A DNA stretch of 64,000 nucleotides from positions 620,001 through 684,000 of the forward strand of contig NOWV01000020.1 of assembly GCA_003344405.1 (NCBI GenBank), written 5' to 3'. The notes beneath the pieces are model-generated. The model was not told the origin of the DNA. It did no database searches and saw nothing but the letters and a program-made list of their open reading frames with translations. The DNA comes from Trichoplax sp. H2 (lineage: Eukaryota). Of this stretch, positions 24,666 to 37,825 are shown piece after piece (the first letter of the stretch is position 1; the number at the start of each line of letters is the position of its first letter). The translations under genes and the position numbers were made by a program.

Positions 24666-25838
24666 TTAATGATTTCGTAAAAAGGTGAGGAAAATGCTCA
24701 TGTTGCTTTCAGCTTCCTGTCTAACGAATCGTCTATCACTAGCTAAAATAAGTTGTTTTAGTATAACTTCATCACTTCTACCGACTGATTGCAAAAATTG
24801 ATAACGTAATTTTATCTTATTAAAGTTGCATGTAAATATAGCAGGTGTTTCTTTAATTTCGTCCAAACTGCATTTGAGGGTATCGTGAGCAAATTGAAAT
24901 CTATCTTGCAGAGACGAAAGACTGAAACTTAATAAAGTCGGAAAAGTTAGTATAAGAGACTTAAATTCTTCATCGGTATAACCAGTTTTCAAAATAAAGG
25001 TTTTGGTATCTTTCATGACTTGAACATCACGTCGGAGTATGCCAGGATATTCGTTAATGATTGCCCTAATTTCTTTATAGCTGTAATCATCAGATCTTAG
25101 CCACTCGACAGAACTTTGTATAGTGTCGAAATTTTTAATTAGAAAGCTAGGTAATCTTCTAATGATGGAGCCAATATCATGCTCTTTAAATCCTAAACTA
25201 GCTAGCCAATCTATTCTCATTTCTACGTCTGATAATGTAAAACTAAACAGCGAAGGCTGTAATTGAATTAAATGAATTATGACCCGCCTTTGTTTTATTA
25301 GTGATAGTAAAATATTTAATTTCGGTTTAATTTCAGTCTCTATGCCTTGTAATAGTATCTGAGGTGCTTTGATAATCATATTATTTAGATTTTCTTCATA
25401 AAGTCCAAAATCTTGCCAAAATTGGATGCTCCTTTTTAATCTGTTTTCTCCAAGTGTTAATAACCAAGGGGTTGATTCAATAGTTGAAATCAAGTCGGCA
25501 GTGCTAATACCAAGATTTTTTAAACATGTAAAATTATTTCGTACTTGGTTTACATCATAGCTTAGCAGTGAACTACATGATTTCTCTAAAATTGCGATAT
25601 TAATACCAGTTGTAATCAAATAATTAACAGTTTTAAAGGAATAGTTCGGTTTTATGTCTTTATCCGGTTGCGTAGAAAGAGCATTTCTATGTATTAATTT
25701 ACTGGTAGCGACTGTGAACCAATTGTGATGATAAATCCACGATGAATTTTTAAGTTTTGTAGATTGATTTCTATACGATATTAAAGATGCTAATCGAATC
25801 AGCAAATAGTTTTTGCGGAGAATCACTACGGTTGCCAT
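24666..25838 (-). CDS. mTERF-family mitochondrial transcription termination factor (MTERF3/4-like), intronless, ~390 aa
   Basis: Basic/hydroxylated N-terminus resembling a mitochondrial presequence; repeated mTERF motifs (II.K.P.IL, RRLPSFL, EYPGIL, TFPTLL); C-terminus RYQFLQSVGR...SDRRF...FLTFL resembles MTERF3/4. First ATG is at 25838; the ORF-track start at 25877 is a TTG. Confidence 0.9.
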   Translation of the reverse strand: MATVVILRKNYLLIRLASLISYRNQSTKLKNSSWIYHHNWFTVATSKLIHRNALSTQPDKDIKPNYSFKTVNYLITTGINIAILEKSCSSLLSYDVNQVRNNFTCLKNLGISTADLISTIESTPWLLTLGENRLKRSIQFWQDFGLYEENLNNMIIKAPQILLQGIETEIKPKLNILLSLIKQRRVIIHLIQLQPSLFSFTLSDVEMRIDWLASLGFKEHDIGSIIRRLPSFLIKNFDTIQSSVEWLRSDDYSYKEIRAIINEYPGILRRDVQVMKDTKTFILKTGYTDEEFKSLILTFPTLLSFSLSSLQDRFQFAHDTLKCSLDEIKETPAIFTCNFNKIKLRYQFLQSVGRSDEVILKQLILASDRRFVRQEAESNMSIFLTFLRNH

Positions 25839-26874
25839 GAAATACTGACTGAGCCTAGAGATCGTTGTATAGTTCAAATCAATGGGAACGCTGTTTCAGT
25901 GAAGTGTCCGATGGATATCAATGTTTCTGGTTCTTCCTGATCTGATATTTCATTTTTAATCTGGCAATATAGAGTTGAATATTAAATCCATAGCATTGGC
26001 AGCATTACTATTGTTTAGCACGACATATACTATATAGCATTGTACACCTAATAATTTACTAAAAGATAGTTTTAATAGCTCATGACTGAAGCTTACACTT
26101 GAGGAAGGTTCTGCTGTCAACATGAACTAGACATAAGTCATATGCTATACATTATATAGCACTTTACGATGCAAAAATCAAAGGGCGTGAGTTAATCTAT
26201 TTGTTATTAGTCCAATAATCTAGCCTTCCAGATTAAGAGATTTTGCACAATTTAAAATTGAATTGAATTTATGAATTGGACAGGCTTGGATGCTCCTTTC
26301 TTTCTGCAAGCTTGATATGGTGTCTTGTTCAAGATCAACTCTTAACTTACAGTCAATAACTTACTGTATCAAAGCCGACTAAGTAGTCCAGTACACTGAA
26401 CAGTAGGGTACTGGCCGCACTGCACTGGTGTCCCATCCGTACGTCTGTACGTCCAGGTTACGCTTGCTTTGTCAGTACTGTAAGTACGGTATGGTTACGT
26501 AAGGCAATTTTTAAATCAGCCGCCAACTACTGTAGTGTGATTTTACTCTGTCCACCAGAGGATAAAACGTCGGAACTACTGTATTCAATTGATTATTGCT
26601 ATAACTGGCCTCGTTAGATGGATATCAAGGTTACCTGCTAGATTTATTGTGCCCTGTAACGTATACTACACTATTACTACAATAATGGAAACGATTGATT
26701 ATATAATATTATGAAATAAGTGGCATCAACTTATTTCTAGTTATTCAATTGTAGCTATCTCATTTTATATCCATTACTCTCTACTCTAAACTCACATCCA
26801 GACATCTTGTCTTTTACAGTGCACAATCTAGTCTATCAAGTACAGCAGAGCACTGTACAAAATAGGAAAAAGAA

Positions 26875-28604
26875 ATGGACTTGAGTGATATATTAGAACC
26901 TGGAGAGATCAGCGACGATATCTTGACTGATGCAGCCAATGATAGTTATAATATAAAGGACGAAGAGAATGTATCTCCGTTGGTATTGAATCAAGCTGAT
27001 TTCGAAGTCGATTATCAAGACGAAAATACTGATGAAGCTACGTTACCTAAACTTCAAGAAAAACATCAGAAACGGCATCGGCAAAATTGTGCCAGTGAAA
27101 GTGAAGAGAGTAGCAGTGATGAAGATAAAGCTTGGCAGAGGAAAAAGCACAAGACTGAAGGCGATGTAACTAATACGAAAGGTTAAACTCTAAATCTTTA
27201 CTAAAGTGCTGTATACTCGTATAACTGCTATGAATCATACTTAATTATTAGCCATCTTTATAAACCTTACGTATTACAGTGTAAACCGATTAAGTTACGA
27301 GTATGATATAATGGAGCATACGTGTATATTATACGTATCGATTAATTAGTTGCAATAATATATAATTTATCGTTTACATTGCACATGTTGTATAATCGTA
27401 CGGAAGGTTTACTAGCTCATAAATGTGCTACCTGTCCGAATAGGTGTAGTTACATATGTTTACTAGTACAATATAAAATGATTATATTATATTATTGGCT
27501 TAAGGTTAAGATGCTCTAACAGACCTACTACAGTCAGCGACTTTAGCTTAATTTGTTAATGTAGATTTTAAAGGTAGATAACTTGGTGCTGTGAATGATG
27601 TATCAACTGTACATATTTAGCTATTGATATATATATATATATATAATTATTTCAGACGTGTAATATAGACGTACAATACAAGCATTACTGTTCAACTTTT
27701 AGCTAATGAATTCTACCTTGAGGGTAATTATAGGCAGCAGGAGCTTAATAAGTATTTAGAAATAATTGAAAGCTATATATGCGTATCTTCAGCATAGGAA
27801 TATCAGCATACACTACTCGTATATTTTATGTTGCACGTATTTCGTAGTGCATTCTCAGCATACTATCATCAACTCTAAAATTGTATGGCTGTATGCCTAA
27901 GCTTTTTTTGCATTATTGCATATCCTAGGTGCACTAGCGCTCCAATCAAAAGTATTACCTGCTGATTGGCTCCAATTAGATCTTTTGCAAAAGTTTAAAA
28001 TTAGCAATGATAGAATTGCCAAATCAATTGCACATCATTTACATGAGGTAAAGGGCTGAAAAGTTATCAGTAGGACAAGTTGAACAATCATTTCTGATTT
28101 TAAATAATTGCATAGCTGGACAGCTAAAAATTGAATTTTAGGAGGCCTTATGCTGTAATTTTACAATGTTATATATAGATATGCTGATTAAAATGATTAC
28201 TGTCATTTGTTCAGCCAAAGGTGCAGCTAGTTCAAGATGTGGTCAACATGATCGGTGTTGAGAAGGCTTTATTGTTGACACGATTCACTCTCGCTATTCA
28301 GAAAGGTGGAGGAATGCTTACTAAGGACGGCAAAAGGAAGTAATGATTTCTTGACATTTTCGTAATGATTGATTACATTACAATGGATAATAATATTAAA
28401 TAATGTATTTGTTGATAAATTTTCATTTGTACTTTTAAAATATCGCAACTACTGCATAGGCGGTATCCAGGTGGTATATTCTTGTACCTCCTAGGCAGTG
28501 CAGGAATTATAGAAGATGCAACTTATAAAGAGATTATCAAGCGTGATCGGCAGAGACAGAAATATGCAAAGGCTCAATATAAGGAGAGAAATGATAAGTC
28601 GTAA
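26875..28604 (+). CDS. PHAX: PHAX (phosphorylated adaptor for snRNA export); exons 26875-27181, 27929-28047, 28215-28339, 28460-28604 (possible alternative last exon near 28821)
   Basis: N-terminal LEPGEISDD motif, acidic Ser cluster and basic NLS; RNA-binding domain IAKSIAHHLHEPKVQLVQDVVNMIGVEKALLL...GGGMLTKDGKRKRYPGGIFLYLL matches the remembered PHAX RRTPGGVFL domain. Confidence 0.88.
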
Positions 28605-29499
28605 GCCTTTATTTCATCCAGCTTGGTTATGGTGTGTAGAGTAAATTTGTTATAGGCCTGTTTTTTATCGTTTATTATCTGTGTAAATGTCGTAATGCCA
28701 TTTTGATACGATGTCATCGTAAGCACAATTTCAAAGGTTTTCTTTGAAGTGGTCGTCTAAGACTCAAGAGTCCTGTTTATGCGTCAACACGTAGACATAT
28801 TTAATGATTATATCTTACAGCTTCACAACTGTCATATAGCAAGTAATAGTTTATTTATGGTTGAGCGTAAGGCTAATAATGAGTATAATGTGTCATAATC
28901 TTGAAAAGTTTCATTGTAAATTGCCGTTAGTTTTAGTCAGTGGATAAAAATACCCATCAATTACTAGTACTCTAATACGAGGAACAGACATATGCACCTT
29001 TACAGTTGTAATAAAAAAAATAAAATGATGTATAATGGCTATTAGTTCGTAATTTTTAATGTAAGATTATACATTGATGGCCAAACTGGCATCGCATGAC
29101 TGAGGCTATTCATTAACGTACAGCTTACCAATACATTGTATCCGGCCACCGTATGTTAAAGAGATTCAATCTTTTCACATAGTACCTATCTTATCTACTG
29201 CGTAACTACATTAATTGCTATTTATATTCGCCTTTATCTTAATACTTGGGATAGGAAAAAATTTGTTACAGTAAAGCCAATAGACATAAGTACATAGTGC
29301 ATATAGTACTTCATTCCACTTTTCGAGGTATGGATTTCGTAAAGGAATCGACAATTGCAATTAAAAAAAATTGAAATTGTACTATCTCAACCATTAATTA
29401 TACTGTAGTTTCATATCTGACCAAGTTGCACCGTGGCAAGGAAATAATTTCCTTTGAGGTATCAAAAATAATGCTGCTGGGCTGATAACTGTCTAAAAA

Positions 29500-31363
29500 T
29501 CAGCTACTTTGTTGTTTGTACTTTCTAAGGTATTTCTTTGTTATCGCAATCATTGATTGCCACATTTCGTTACAATAACCGCTGCGGCGCACCATTGGAA
29601 GGTACTTCTTCAATGGATCGTAGATACCTTTAGGGACCCCTACCTTAAAGTCATAGCCATGTATTACATCATACACCATACGGAAAGGTGGAAAGTCGTC
29701 TTTGTGAAATATTTGTCTATTTCCATGCAACAGCGATATGCCGTTTTTGTCTGCATGTTTGCAGTCATTACGCCCATATCGACAATGATCCGGACGATAA
29801 TTCCAGTCACATGTAAAGGTATATAACATTTCTATATAAAAAGATATATTAATATCAATGCATGTATCATTCTATGTCTATTATCCAATCAACTCGTTGC
29901 AAATTTGATGTACCTGGATGAAAATGAAATACAACGTTTAAAATATCTTGATCTCCAAATACTATTCCAGATTTATATTCCTGATATAATTTTAACACGA
30001 TATCATTCCAATTTGCTTTCCGCATTCTCGTTAGATTCATTAACATTATACCAGAATTTATTCCAAGTTCTCCATAATAGGGATGTCGTGCATATTTATT
30101 GTACCATCCAGTCGGAGCATCTTCACCTTCAGGTGATACTGCTGCTAGCTGAGTTGAGTTCAATTTATCGAAAAATTGCCATAAATCTTCAGGGGGTCGC
30201 ATAAAAAGAATATCTGTGTCCAAGTAGATCAATGCATCGGTCTTGACGAGTATGTCCTTCATATAAAAAGGAATTTAGCATGAACTGCTCAATGACGTAT
30301 TGTACATGCAGTACAGCAAAGTAGATTTATGTTAAGCTAAGCTATTTATTAGCATTGTACTCTATCGTGCAGTAATTCTTACGGGTAGAAATAAGCGTTG
30401 GCAAGCGCATGGTTTAAATAACTTTTTCCACATATCTTCATTATCCGCAGGAAATTGAATCGGTAGTACGTCATACGTTATGGTGTTTTGATTGACTTTA
30501 GACATTTCTTTTAACTGAAATAGGAATTTGAATAGAACAAGTATAGCTATTCAACATTCATCGATGCGATTAAAATATAGTAAAATTATCCTAGCGCCCG
30601 TTGTGTACTTACCCTTTCACGGATTGGAGTATGTAAGTGATCTTCCGCTAAAACGTGATAGTGTAAATTGGTAAATGAAAAAATGGCAGCAGATTTTAAC
30701 ATTGTTAAAGCTTCTTCCATTCTATCGCCACATATTACAACAGCAAGATGAACAGTCAGGTCCTTCCTAGAGTTGATTTACAGTCAGTTTATACGCGTAA
30801 AAGAATGACATACTGTAAGTACTGTAATTCATAGAATTGATGATAAACAAGTTCAAATCAAAGTATTTGACCATTAGTACAGTAATACTGTACAATTTGG
30901 ATATTATGACTTGCAGAGGTATCAATATGTGTACTGTATACTGTCTATGTGCGCATATACCTAGATCGATATTGATCATTTAAGTTGCTTTTAACCGATT
31001 GAATCACAATCCAATTTCGATACTACAGGTAACTTAGTAAGTGAACTGCATAAGCTCCTATCTACTGTACCTTCCTTTGATCGCATCGATGGATTGATTT
31101 CCTGGTTGACTCTCGTGGAAAGTTTCAGCTTTTCGATTCTCGTAGACCTGATCATTCTTTTGGCTTCTATGAGCGATTACTTTATTTAAATGGGATAATT
31201 GACTATGATCGGCTTGAATGGAATCGACTTCCTCTTGGATTTGTTGCATCGTACCATCTTGTGCATGAACGTTATTTCTTCTGATAATATAGAATAGGAT
31301 TAATGTAGCAATGAAAGCAATAGTCGTTCGTCGCATATTTAAGAGCTTGAAACGTAAGAACAT
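29500..31363 (-). CDS. GXYLT1: Glucoside xylosyltransferase (GT8, GXYLT/Shams-like), paralog A; exons 31363-31071, 30766-30613, 30514-30383, 30256-29914, 29831-29500
   Basis: Type II signal-anchor; HLAVVICGDRMEE..MLKSA; WKKLFKPCACQRLFLP; YLDTD (DxD); GWYNKYARHPYYG..GINSG.MLMNLTRMR; GDQDILN; WNYRPDHC; LLHGNR. Symbol denotes the family; orthology to GXYLT1 versus GXYLT2 is not resolved. Confidence 0.93.
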
Positions 31364-31579
31364 TCACTGGGTTCTCGGCTATGATTGCTTGCAATTCTTA
31401 TCGTGTTAATATCATATTACAGTATAGTTAAATTGAAATGAATTAATTATAATTATCGTTGTATTTGCTTTTAAAGATTGAAATGGCTGGTACTGACTAG
31501 TGAGGAAGATTGAACTCTTGTACTATAGCTGTTACGGTACGGTAGAGTACTGTACATTATTAGGTAGGGGCACAGAGTA

Positions 31580-32750
31580 TACCTAAGAATGTAATGTACA
31601 GTACTGTACCAGTTGAAGTGCTTTGCCAGTAACGTTTTGACTACAGGATAACTGGAGTGTACAGTGTACAGTCCCGATTCTGTACTACAGTACTGTACAC
31701 TGTACATCCACCGACACCAACCTTTCACGACACTGTCGGACTGTCCAATGTCCGTGACACTGGTGTTCAGTATCAACAGCGTCCACCTAAGAATGTACAG
31801 TGTGCTGTACTCTACTGTACCAGGTGCTATGCATTGCCAGTACCGTACTGGCAATGCATACGCACCAGTAACGTTTTGACTACTGGATGACTGGAGTGTA
31901 CAGTGTACAGTGTACAGTCCCGATTCTGTACTACAGTACTTTGCACTGTACATCCACTGACACCAACCTTTCACGACACTGTCGGACTGTCCAATGTCCG
32001 TGACACTGGTGTTCAGTATCAACAGCGTCCACCTAAGAATGTACACTGTGCTGTACTCTACTGTACCAGGTGCTATACTGTACATTGCCAGTACCGTACT
32101 GGCAATGCATACGCACGAGTAACGTTTTGACTACTGGATGACTGGAGTGTACAGTGTACAGTGTACAGTCCCGATTCTGTACTACAGTACTGTGCACTGT
32201 ACATCCACTGACACCAACCTTTCACGACACTGTCGGACTGTCCAATGTCCGTGACACTGGTATCAATTATTCAACATTCAACAGCGTCCACCTAAGAATG
32301 TACACTGTACACTACTGTACCAGGTGCTATGCATTGCCAGTAACGTTTTGACTACTGTACTGGATGGATTACTGGAGTGTACAGTGTACAGTGTACAGTC
32401 CCGATTCTGCACTACAGTACTGTACACTGTACATCCACTGACACCAACTTTTGATGACACTGTCCATTTGTCCAATGTCCATGACACTGGTATCCAGTCA
32501 TGGTACATTGTACAGTTACAGTATTGTACAATGTACAGTACAGTACTGTACCAGGTGCTGTGCTTCGCTAGTATCGTATTGACTGCTGGATGACTGGAGT
32601 GTACAGTACAGTGTACAATGTACAGTCCCGATTCTGCACTACAGTACAGTACTGTACACTGTACATCCACCGACACCAACCTTTGATGACACTGTCCATT
32701 TGTCCAATGTCCATGACACTGGTATCCAGTATCAACAGCGTCAGTATCAA
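31580..32750. repeat. ~220-250-bp tandem repeat (about 5 units) rich in GTAC/TGTACA/CAGTACTG palindromes, between the divergent GXYLT genes
   Basis: Anchor actggagtgtacagt at ~31651, 31890, 32141, 32371 and 32593; each unit also has cccgattctg.actacagtac and gacaccaac.ttt..gacactgtc. Confidence 0.95.
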
Positions 32751-32947
32751 GTGTATGACTCGACCTTGTATAATATTAGACATGAGTAGACAAAGTTGAA
32801 TGGTTGCAATGCCATTGGTTGCAACGTTGCTCCGCCATACAAAAGCAATCGACATTTCTTCGTCGATATTGCATCCAAACGTCTGGTTTTACTAATAGAA
32901 ATTGATCTTTTAGTTGATAGTTGATTGGCCAATTTCAACTATCGTGG

Positions 32948-35713
32948 ATGTTTATACAATTGAAATCATGTAGAATGCGACCAACTGGAATTTGCTTCTT
33001 GATTGCATTGATAATTATTTATGTTCTAATCAAAAAGCATTATGTTGTCGCTCCTGATGGTTCCTTTGAAGAATTAATAGCGGACGCCAAGTCCATTGAA
33101 GCCGATCATGGCAGATTGTCGCGTTTCAATAAAGTAGTCGTATTTAGGAATGGAAAAAAGGGCAATATGAGCCAAAGTGGAAAGGCAGCTGCCTATACTG
33201 AAACTGGTAATTTCACCCTTTCTAAGTATAGGATGAATGAAAGGTAAGTTATGCTTTCATTGGACTAACTAAGCCTGCAATGATGTGATATTGTACAACT
33301 GACGCCATTGTTGATAGACTGACTTTACGACAAAAGCGGATAACACAAAATCCTAGATACACTACTGTACTATGTACTATTTTAGATGGCATTGATTGAG
33401 CTATTATCTTCCAACTAAACTTAATGTGCTTCCATTACTCGTTATAGAAGCAGGCTGAGTGGTCTAGTAACGCCTAAAATTGAGAAAAGTTAATTATTTG
33501 TTGTCAAAGAGTAATTTTTCTTGCTTCCAAATATATGCCTGCTGTACGCCGTACGCGTATAGTTCGGCCAGATCGATATCGTAATAGCAATAGAAAAATA
33601 ATTCAACTGTACCTTTTAATTTCTTTAAGTAAAGTTAGAATTATCGACCATTTCTATTTGCGCTAACTCAGTACACTGTGTATAAATTAAGTGTAATTAC
33701 TGTACACTCCGTTATTTATTGATTATATCACGTTGATGCATAATTCGGCAACTTATCATACTCCATGTTACCGAATTTTGTACCATAATGAATTGTTGAT
33801 CCTCATACTATGTAACACTGTATACTATCATTTACTGTACTGTACAGCATATGCTTTTGAGTATTAGAAAGCTGCAAGATAGAACACTCTGATAGCTGGC
33901 TTGTAGCTTCCTTTGATGAATCAATAAACAAATATTAGCATTAATTATAGGCTAGTGAGCAATGAATTATAATTCTATGGCAGGCATACTGGCTAGAGTC
34001 TCAAAGATCTTGTATAATGTAGACTATCTGAAAGGAAGTGTCTTCGCTTGCGATGATTCGCTGTACTTAAATAATATAGCTGTACCATAGAGGTAAGAAA
34101 AAAAAGAGGTCGATTTTTTCTTTCCTCCACAAGCTAGAATACAGTACACTGTATTCATCAGCTACTCTATCATCTGTACAGCATACTGGATTTCATCATT
34201 TTTGAAGGGCGTAATTTACCCCTAGGATGATAATTTGCAACAAGTTATTCTTTTTAATGGTAATCATAATTCGAATTGACGTTTATCATATTATTAGGAA
34301 GAATCTTACTGTTCAACTCGCCGTTGTGATATGTGGCACCAGACTGCAAGAAGGTTTAATGATGTTAAAATCAGCTGCCATTTTCACGCTAACTAAGTTA
34401 CATTTTCACGTTTTTGCTGAGGATCATTTACACATTCCGATCCGCCAGAGGGTAAATTACACGTACAAATATCAATATTTTGATGCAAACTTTGCATTCA
34501 AGAGTCACTTTCGGTCATTAATTATTGACAATATTTCAATCATACTAAAATTAGAATTTAACATTTGTATTTTCGCTTTCCTTTCAACTGATACTTTTAT
34601 AGTTAAACGAAATATCTGTTATCAGCCAAAATACCATAACCTACGACGTACTACCGATCAAATTTCCTAAGGACAATGCAGATATATGGAAGAAATTATT
34701 TAAACCATGCTCTTACCAACGCTTATTTTTACCTGTAAGAATTGAAGGAATATCGTACAATATAGTAGAGGAGAAATGGACAACTTACTCTTAATACTTG
34801 TATAACAAACATTTACAATATAGTAGAGGAGAAATGGACGACGTACTGTTAATACTTGTATAACAAACATTTACATTGTGTATGAAAGCTGTGATTCGAT
34901 CTTCCGTAAAATAATTCTGCAAAGTCTATCAATCTTACGCTATGAAATGTTTCATTTCTTGTCTTTTTCAGTATCTACTGAAAAAAACCGATTCACTAAT
35001 CTACTTGGATACTGACATTCTTTTCATGCGACCCCCTGAAGACTTATGGAACTTCTTTAATAAATTTAACGCAACTCAGCTAGTAGCAGTATCACCAGAA
35101 GGCGAAGATATCCGAACAAGTTGGTATAATAAATTCGCACAACATCCTTATTATGGAAAACTTGGAATAAATTCCGATGTAATACTAATGAATCTAACGA
35201 GAATGAGAAAAGCCAATTGGAACGACAAAGTAACGAAAGTATATCAGAAATATAGATCTAGCATTGTTTTGGGAGATCAGGATATTTTGAATGCAATATT
35301 TCATTTTCATCCAGGTATATTAAACATAATTAGCTGATTGACAGTAGATGTACGAGTAGATGTAAATTGATGTTGATATATCTCGTTGTATAGAAATGGT
35401 ATATGTTTTAACATGTGCCTGGAATTATCGTCCAGACCATTGTCGATATGGTCGCAATGACTGCAAACATGCGTATAAAAACGGCGTATCCCTGTTGCAT
35501 GGAGATAGACAGACATTTCATAAAAATGATTTTCCATCTTTTCGCATTGTCTATGAAGTAATACAAAATTATGACTTCAAGACAGGCGTCACGCGAGGCA
35601 TCTACAATCCATTAAAGAGGATTTTGCCAATGGTTCAAAAGAGCTACTGTAGTAGAATATGGGAATCGATGATTATGATATTGAAGAGATACCTAAGAGA
35701 ACATAAACTGTAG
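32948..35713 (+). CDS. Glucoside xylosyltransferase (GT8, GXYLT-like), paralog B; exons 32948-33243, 34298-34451, 34603-34734, 34972-35314, 35394-35713
   Basis: Same five-exon structure and intron phases as paralog A; YLDTDILFMRPPEDLW, GDQDILN and WNYRPDHCRYGRNDCKHA are shared. Start is ATG 32948 or 32975. Confidence 0.92.
34756..34875. repeat. ~58-bp tandem duplication in intron 3 of GXYLT paralog B
   Basis: tacaatatagtagaggagaaatggac.ac.tact.ttaatacttgtataacaaacatttaca occurs twice in tandem. Confidence 0.9.
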
Positions 35714-37658
35714 AACCAATGAAGAGCTACAGTAACTGAAAATTGGAACTGCATTTTTGACATATTAACTGATATTGTATTATTCTTGACAGCCCGCAAG
35801 GTGTTGCCGAATACTTCATGCCAACGACGTAAATGTTTTTACAATTACCTAGATTCGCTAAATGAAGAGTAGTAATGCTTATAAATGTGTTCTTATGTGT
35901 TGTATATTTACTGTATAATAAAAATTTTCACATTCTAGTGTTATTGTTATTTTCAAAGTGACGATATGAATGTAGATAAGCAACGCCGAAACGATGGAAT
36001 ATAAATGTGTATTAATATGGCGTAATGAAATTAAAAATTAAAGATAAATCAGCTGCACACTACGAATTTCATATACAGCTTGATTTGAAACTTTTGCATT
36101 AATACTACTGCATTTCGTTAAATTATATGAGGTACTTATGTGTATTATGAAATGATTGATATCAAATTGTATAAATTTCTTAATTGTATTTGACATTATT
36201 ATCACAAGGTAATATACCTTTGGTTCACTTAATTATAGACTTCTGAAACCTACTAATATTTAAACAGGATTCTAAAGGTCCATGGCCTCATTTTGCTGGA
36301 TGCACCGTTAAATTATTTTCTTTCAGACTGAAGTTTATAATCTATTTATATACTTTAAGTTGGCTTGATGCCTACAAATGTGTAAGAAAGTTGTTTGACA
36401 GCGGTATATCACTGCCAAGTTCTATTTACGTTAAAGTTTGATTGTATTAATTTAAATCTCGCCAACTGTAGGCTATGACTATCACATACAGTGATAATGC
36501 TAAAAGATATTTATATGTATTAAATGTGCTTTAAGAAAAGATTATATCCGATATGTTGGCAGTGGGGCCACATTAAATATGCTAAATGATTAAAAGTTGG
36601 TAACTTGTAGCGTTTATTTCGTGTAAATTTTTGACGCCACCTTGAAAAATTGTAAATACTCTTACGTGACGCTGCTATTCAGGCGAGTGATTTCCATATG
36701 ACCCATATTGCATGCGAAGGAATTGGGAATCCTGAATTTTCCATGTATCGATTAAATAATAATTATTGAAATATACACTCGGTTTCTTCTTGATATCTTC
36801 CCAGTTTTACTGCAATTAGGATGTTTTGATACTGATTGCGTCTTATGTCGTAGTACTTGCTGAATGATAATGATAAGGTTGCATTAACAGTGGTAAAGTG
36901 TGTAAATGTACTACAGTAGTATTACATGCCTTGTATCGTTATTCTGGTAAATCCCACCTTCCCTCTTCCGAGCTAGAAAAACCCTGCATCTTTTTTATTT
37001 TCTACTGACATTAGCGGTAACATATTCACCTCCAGTCTTGACTTCTACAGTAATAAATTACTCCAATAATTATATATAATAGCTAGTCTAACCCATGCTG
37101 TCGAGCAGCACTTGAACTTTTGACTTTACTGTACTATCGCTGACTAATAGCGGTCCATGTCCAATCGCACGAATAAGATTTTATACTGTACTTGTAATAA
37201 GACAGTTACAGTACAGTACGTAGACTCTTAAATCTCTTCGCAATAAGAGTTATGAACTGCATGCAATGTTAACACAAGAGCAACAGTTAGCGATGTTTAC
37301 TATTATTTATTTAATTCACGATTTCCACTCTTTTAAATTATCAAGTGCTCAGTCCTCATTCACCACTTGCCATCTGCTGTATATGAAATACGTTGCTATA
37401 TGGAGTGCTATAGTTTGCATCCTTGAAAGATATATTTTAGCTTGATTTATGGAGTTTTGATGCAGCTTAATTACTAGTTCGAGTTGCAAGATCTGGAGAG
37501 TAAGAGTGGAAACACAACGCTTGGTACAGTGCAGTACAGTACTGCTGTCTCCATGACGACCAGTCGGTGTCTGCGCGCTTTCCAAGCTATCTCAGTAACT
37601 TTTTCGAAGGCATTTGCCACGTGCTTTCTGCTCCATCTTGACAGGAGAAAAAGTTGAG

Positions 37659-37804
37659 GTAAATCCATTTTGTCATCCAGCCAATTCAGTCTTAAAGTAG
37701 TAAAATCATTGGTTTAAAGCTCAACTATTCTTATCAACACTGTTATAAGCCATTGTAAAGGCAATACATGAATTGAAGATTTCTTTCTATTTGTGAATCT
37801 ACAG
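37659..37804 (+). other. Probable 5'-UTR intron of the GHKL-DUF3883 gene
   Basis: Donor gag|gtaaat at 37659; pyrimidine tract tttctttctatttgtgaatctacag| ending at 37804, 21 nt before the ATG at 37826. Confidence 0.55.
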
Positions 37805-37825
37805 TATTTTAAGTGCTATAGCGCG

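Noticed and set aside
27656..27750. Possible extra PHAX exon after ttcag at 27655
   Set aside because: In-frame TAA in the phase required by exon 1, and exon 1 joins 27929 in frame without it.
31471..32855. Multiple overlapping Y/C/T/V/S-rich ORFs up to 204 aa on both strands (also 19761-20185)
   Set aside because: By-product of stop-poor GTAC-rich repeats; several frames are open at once and no domain is recognisable.
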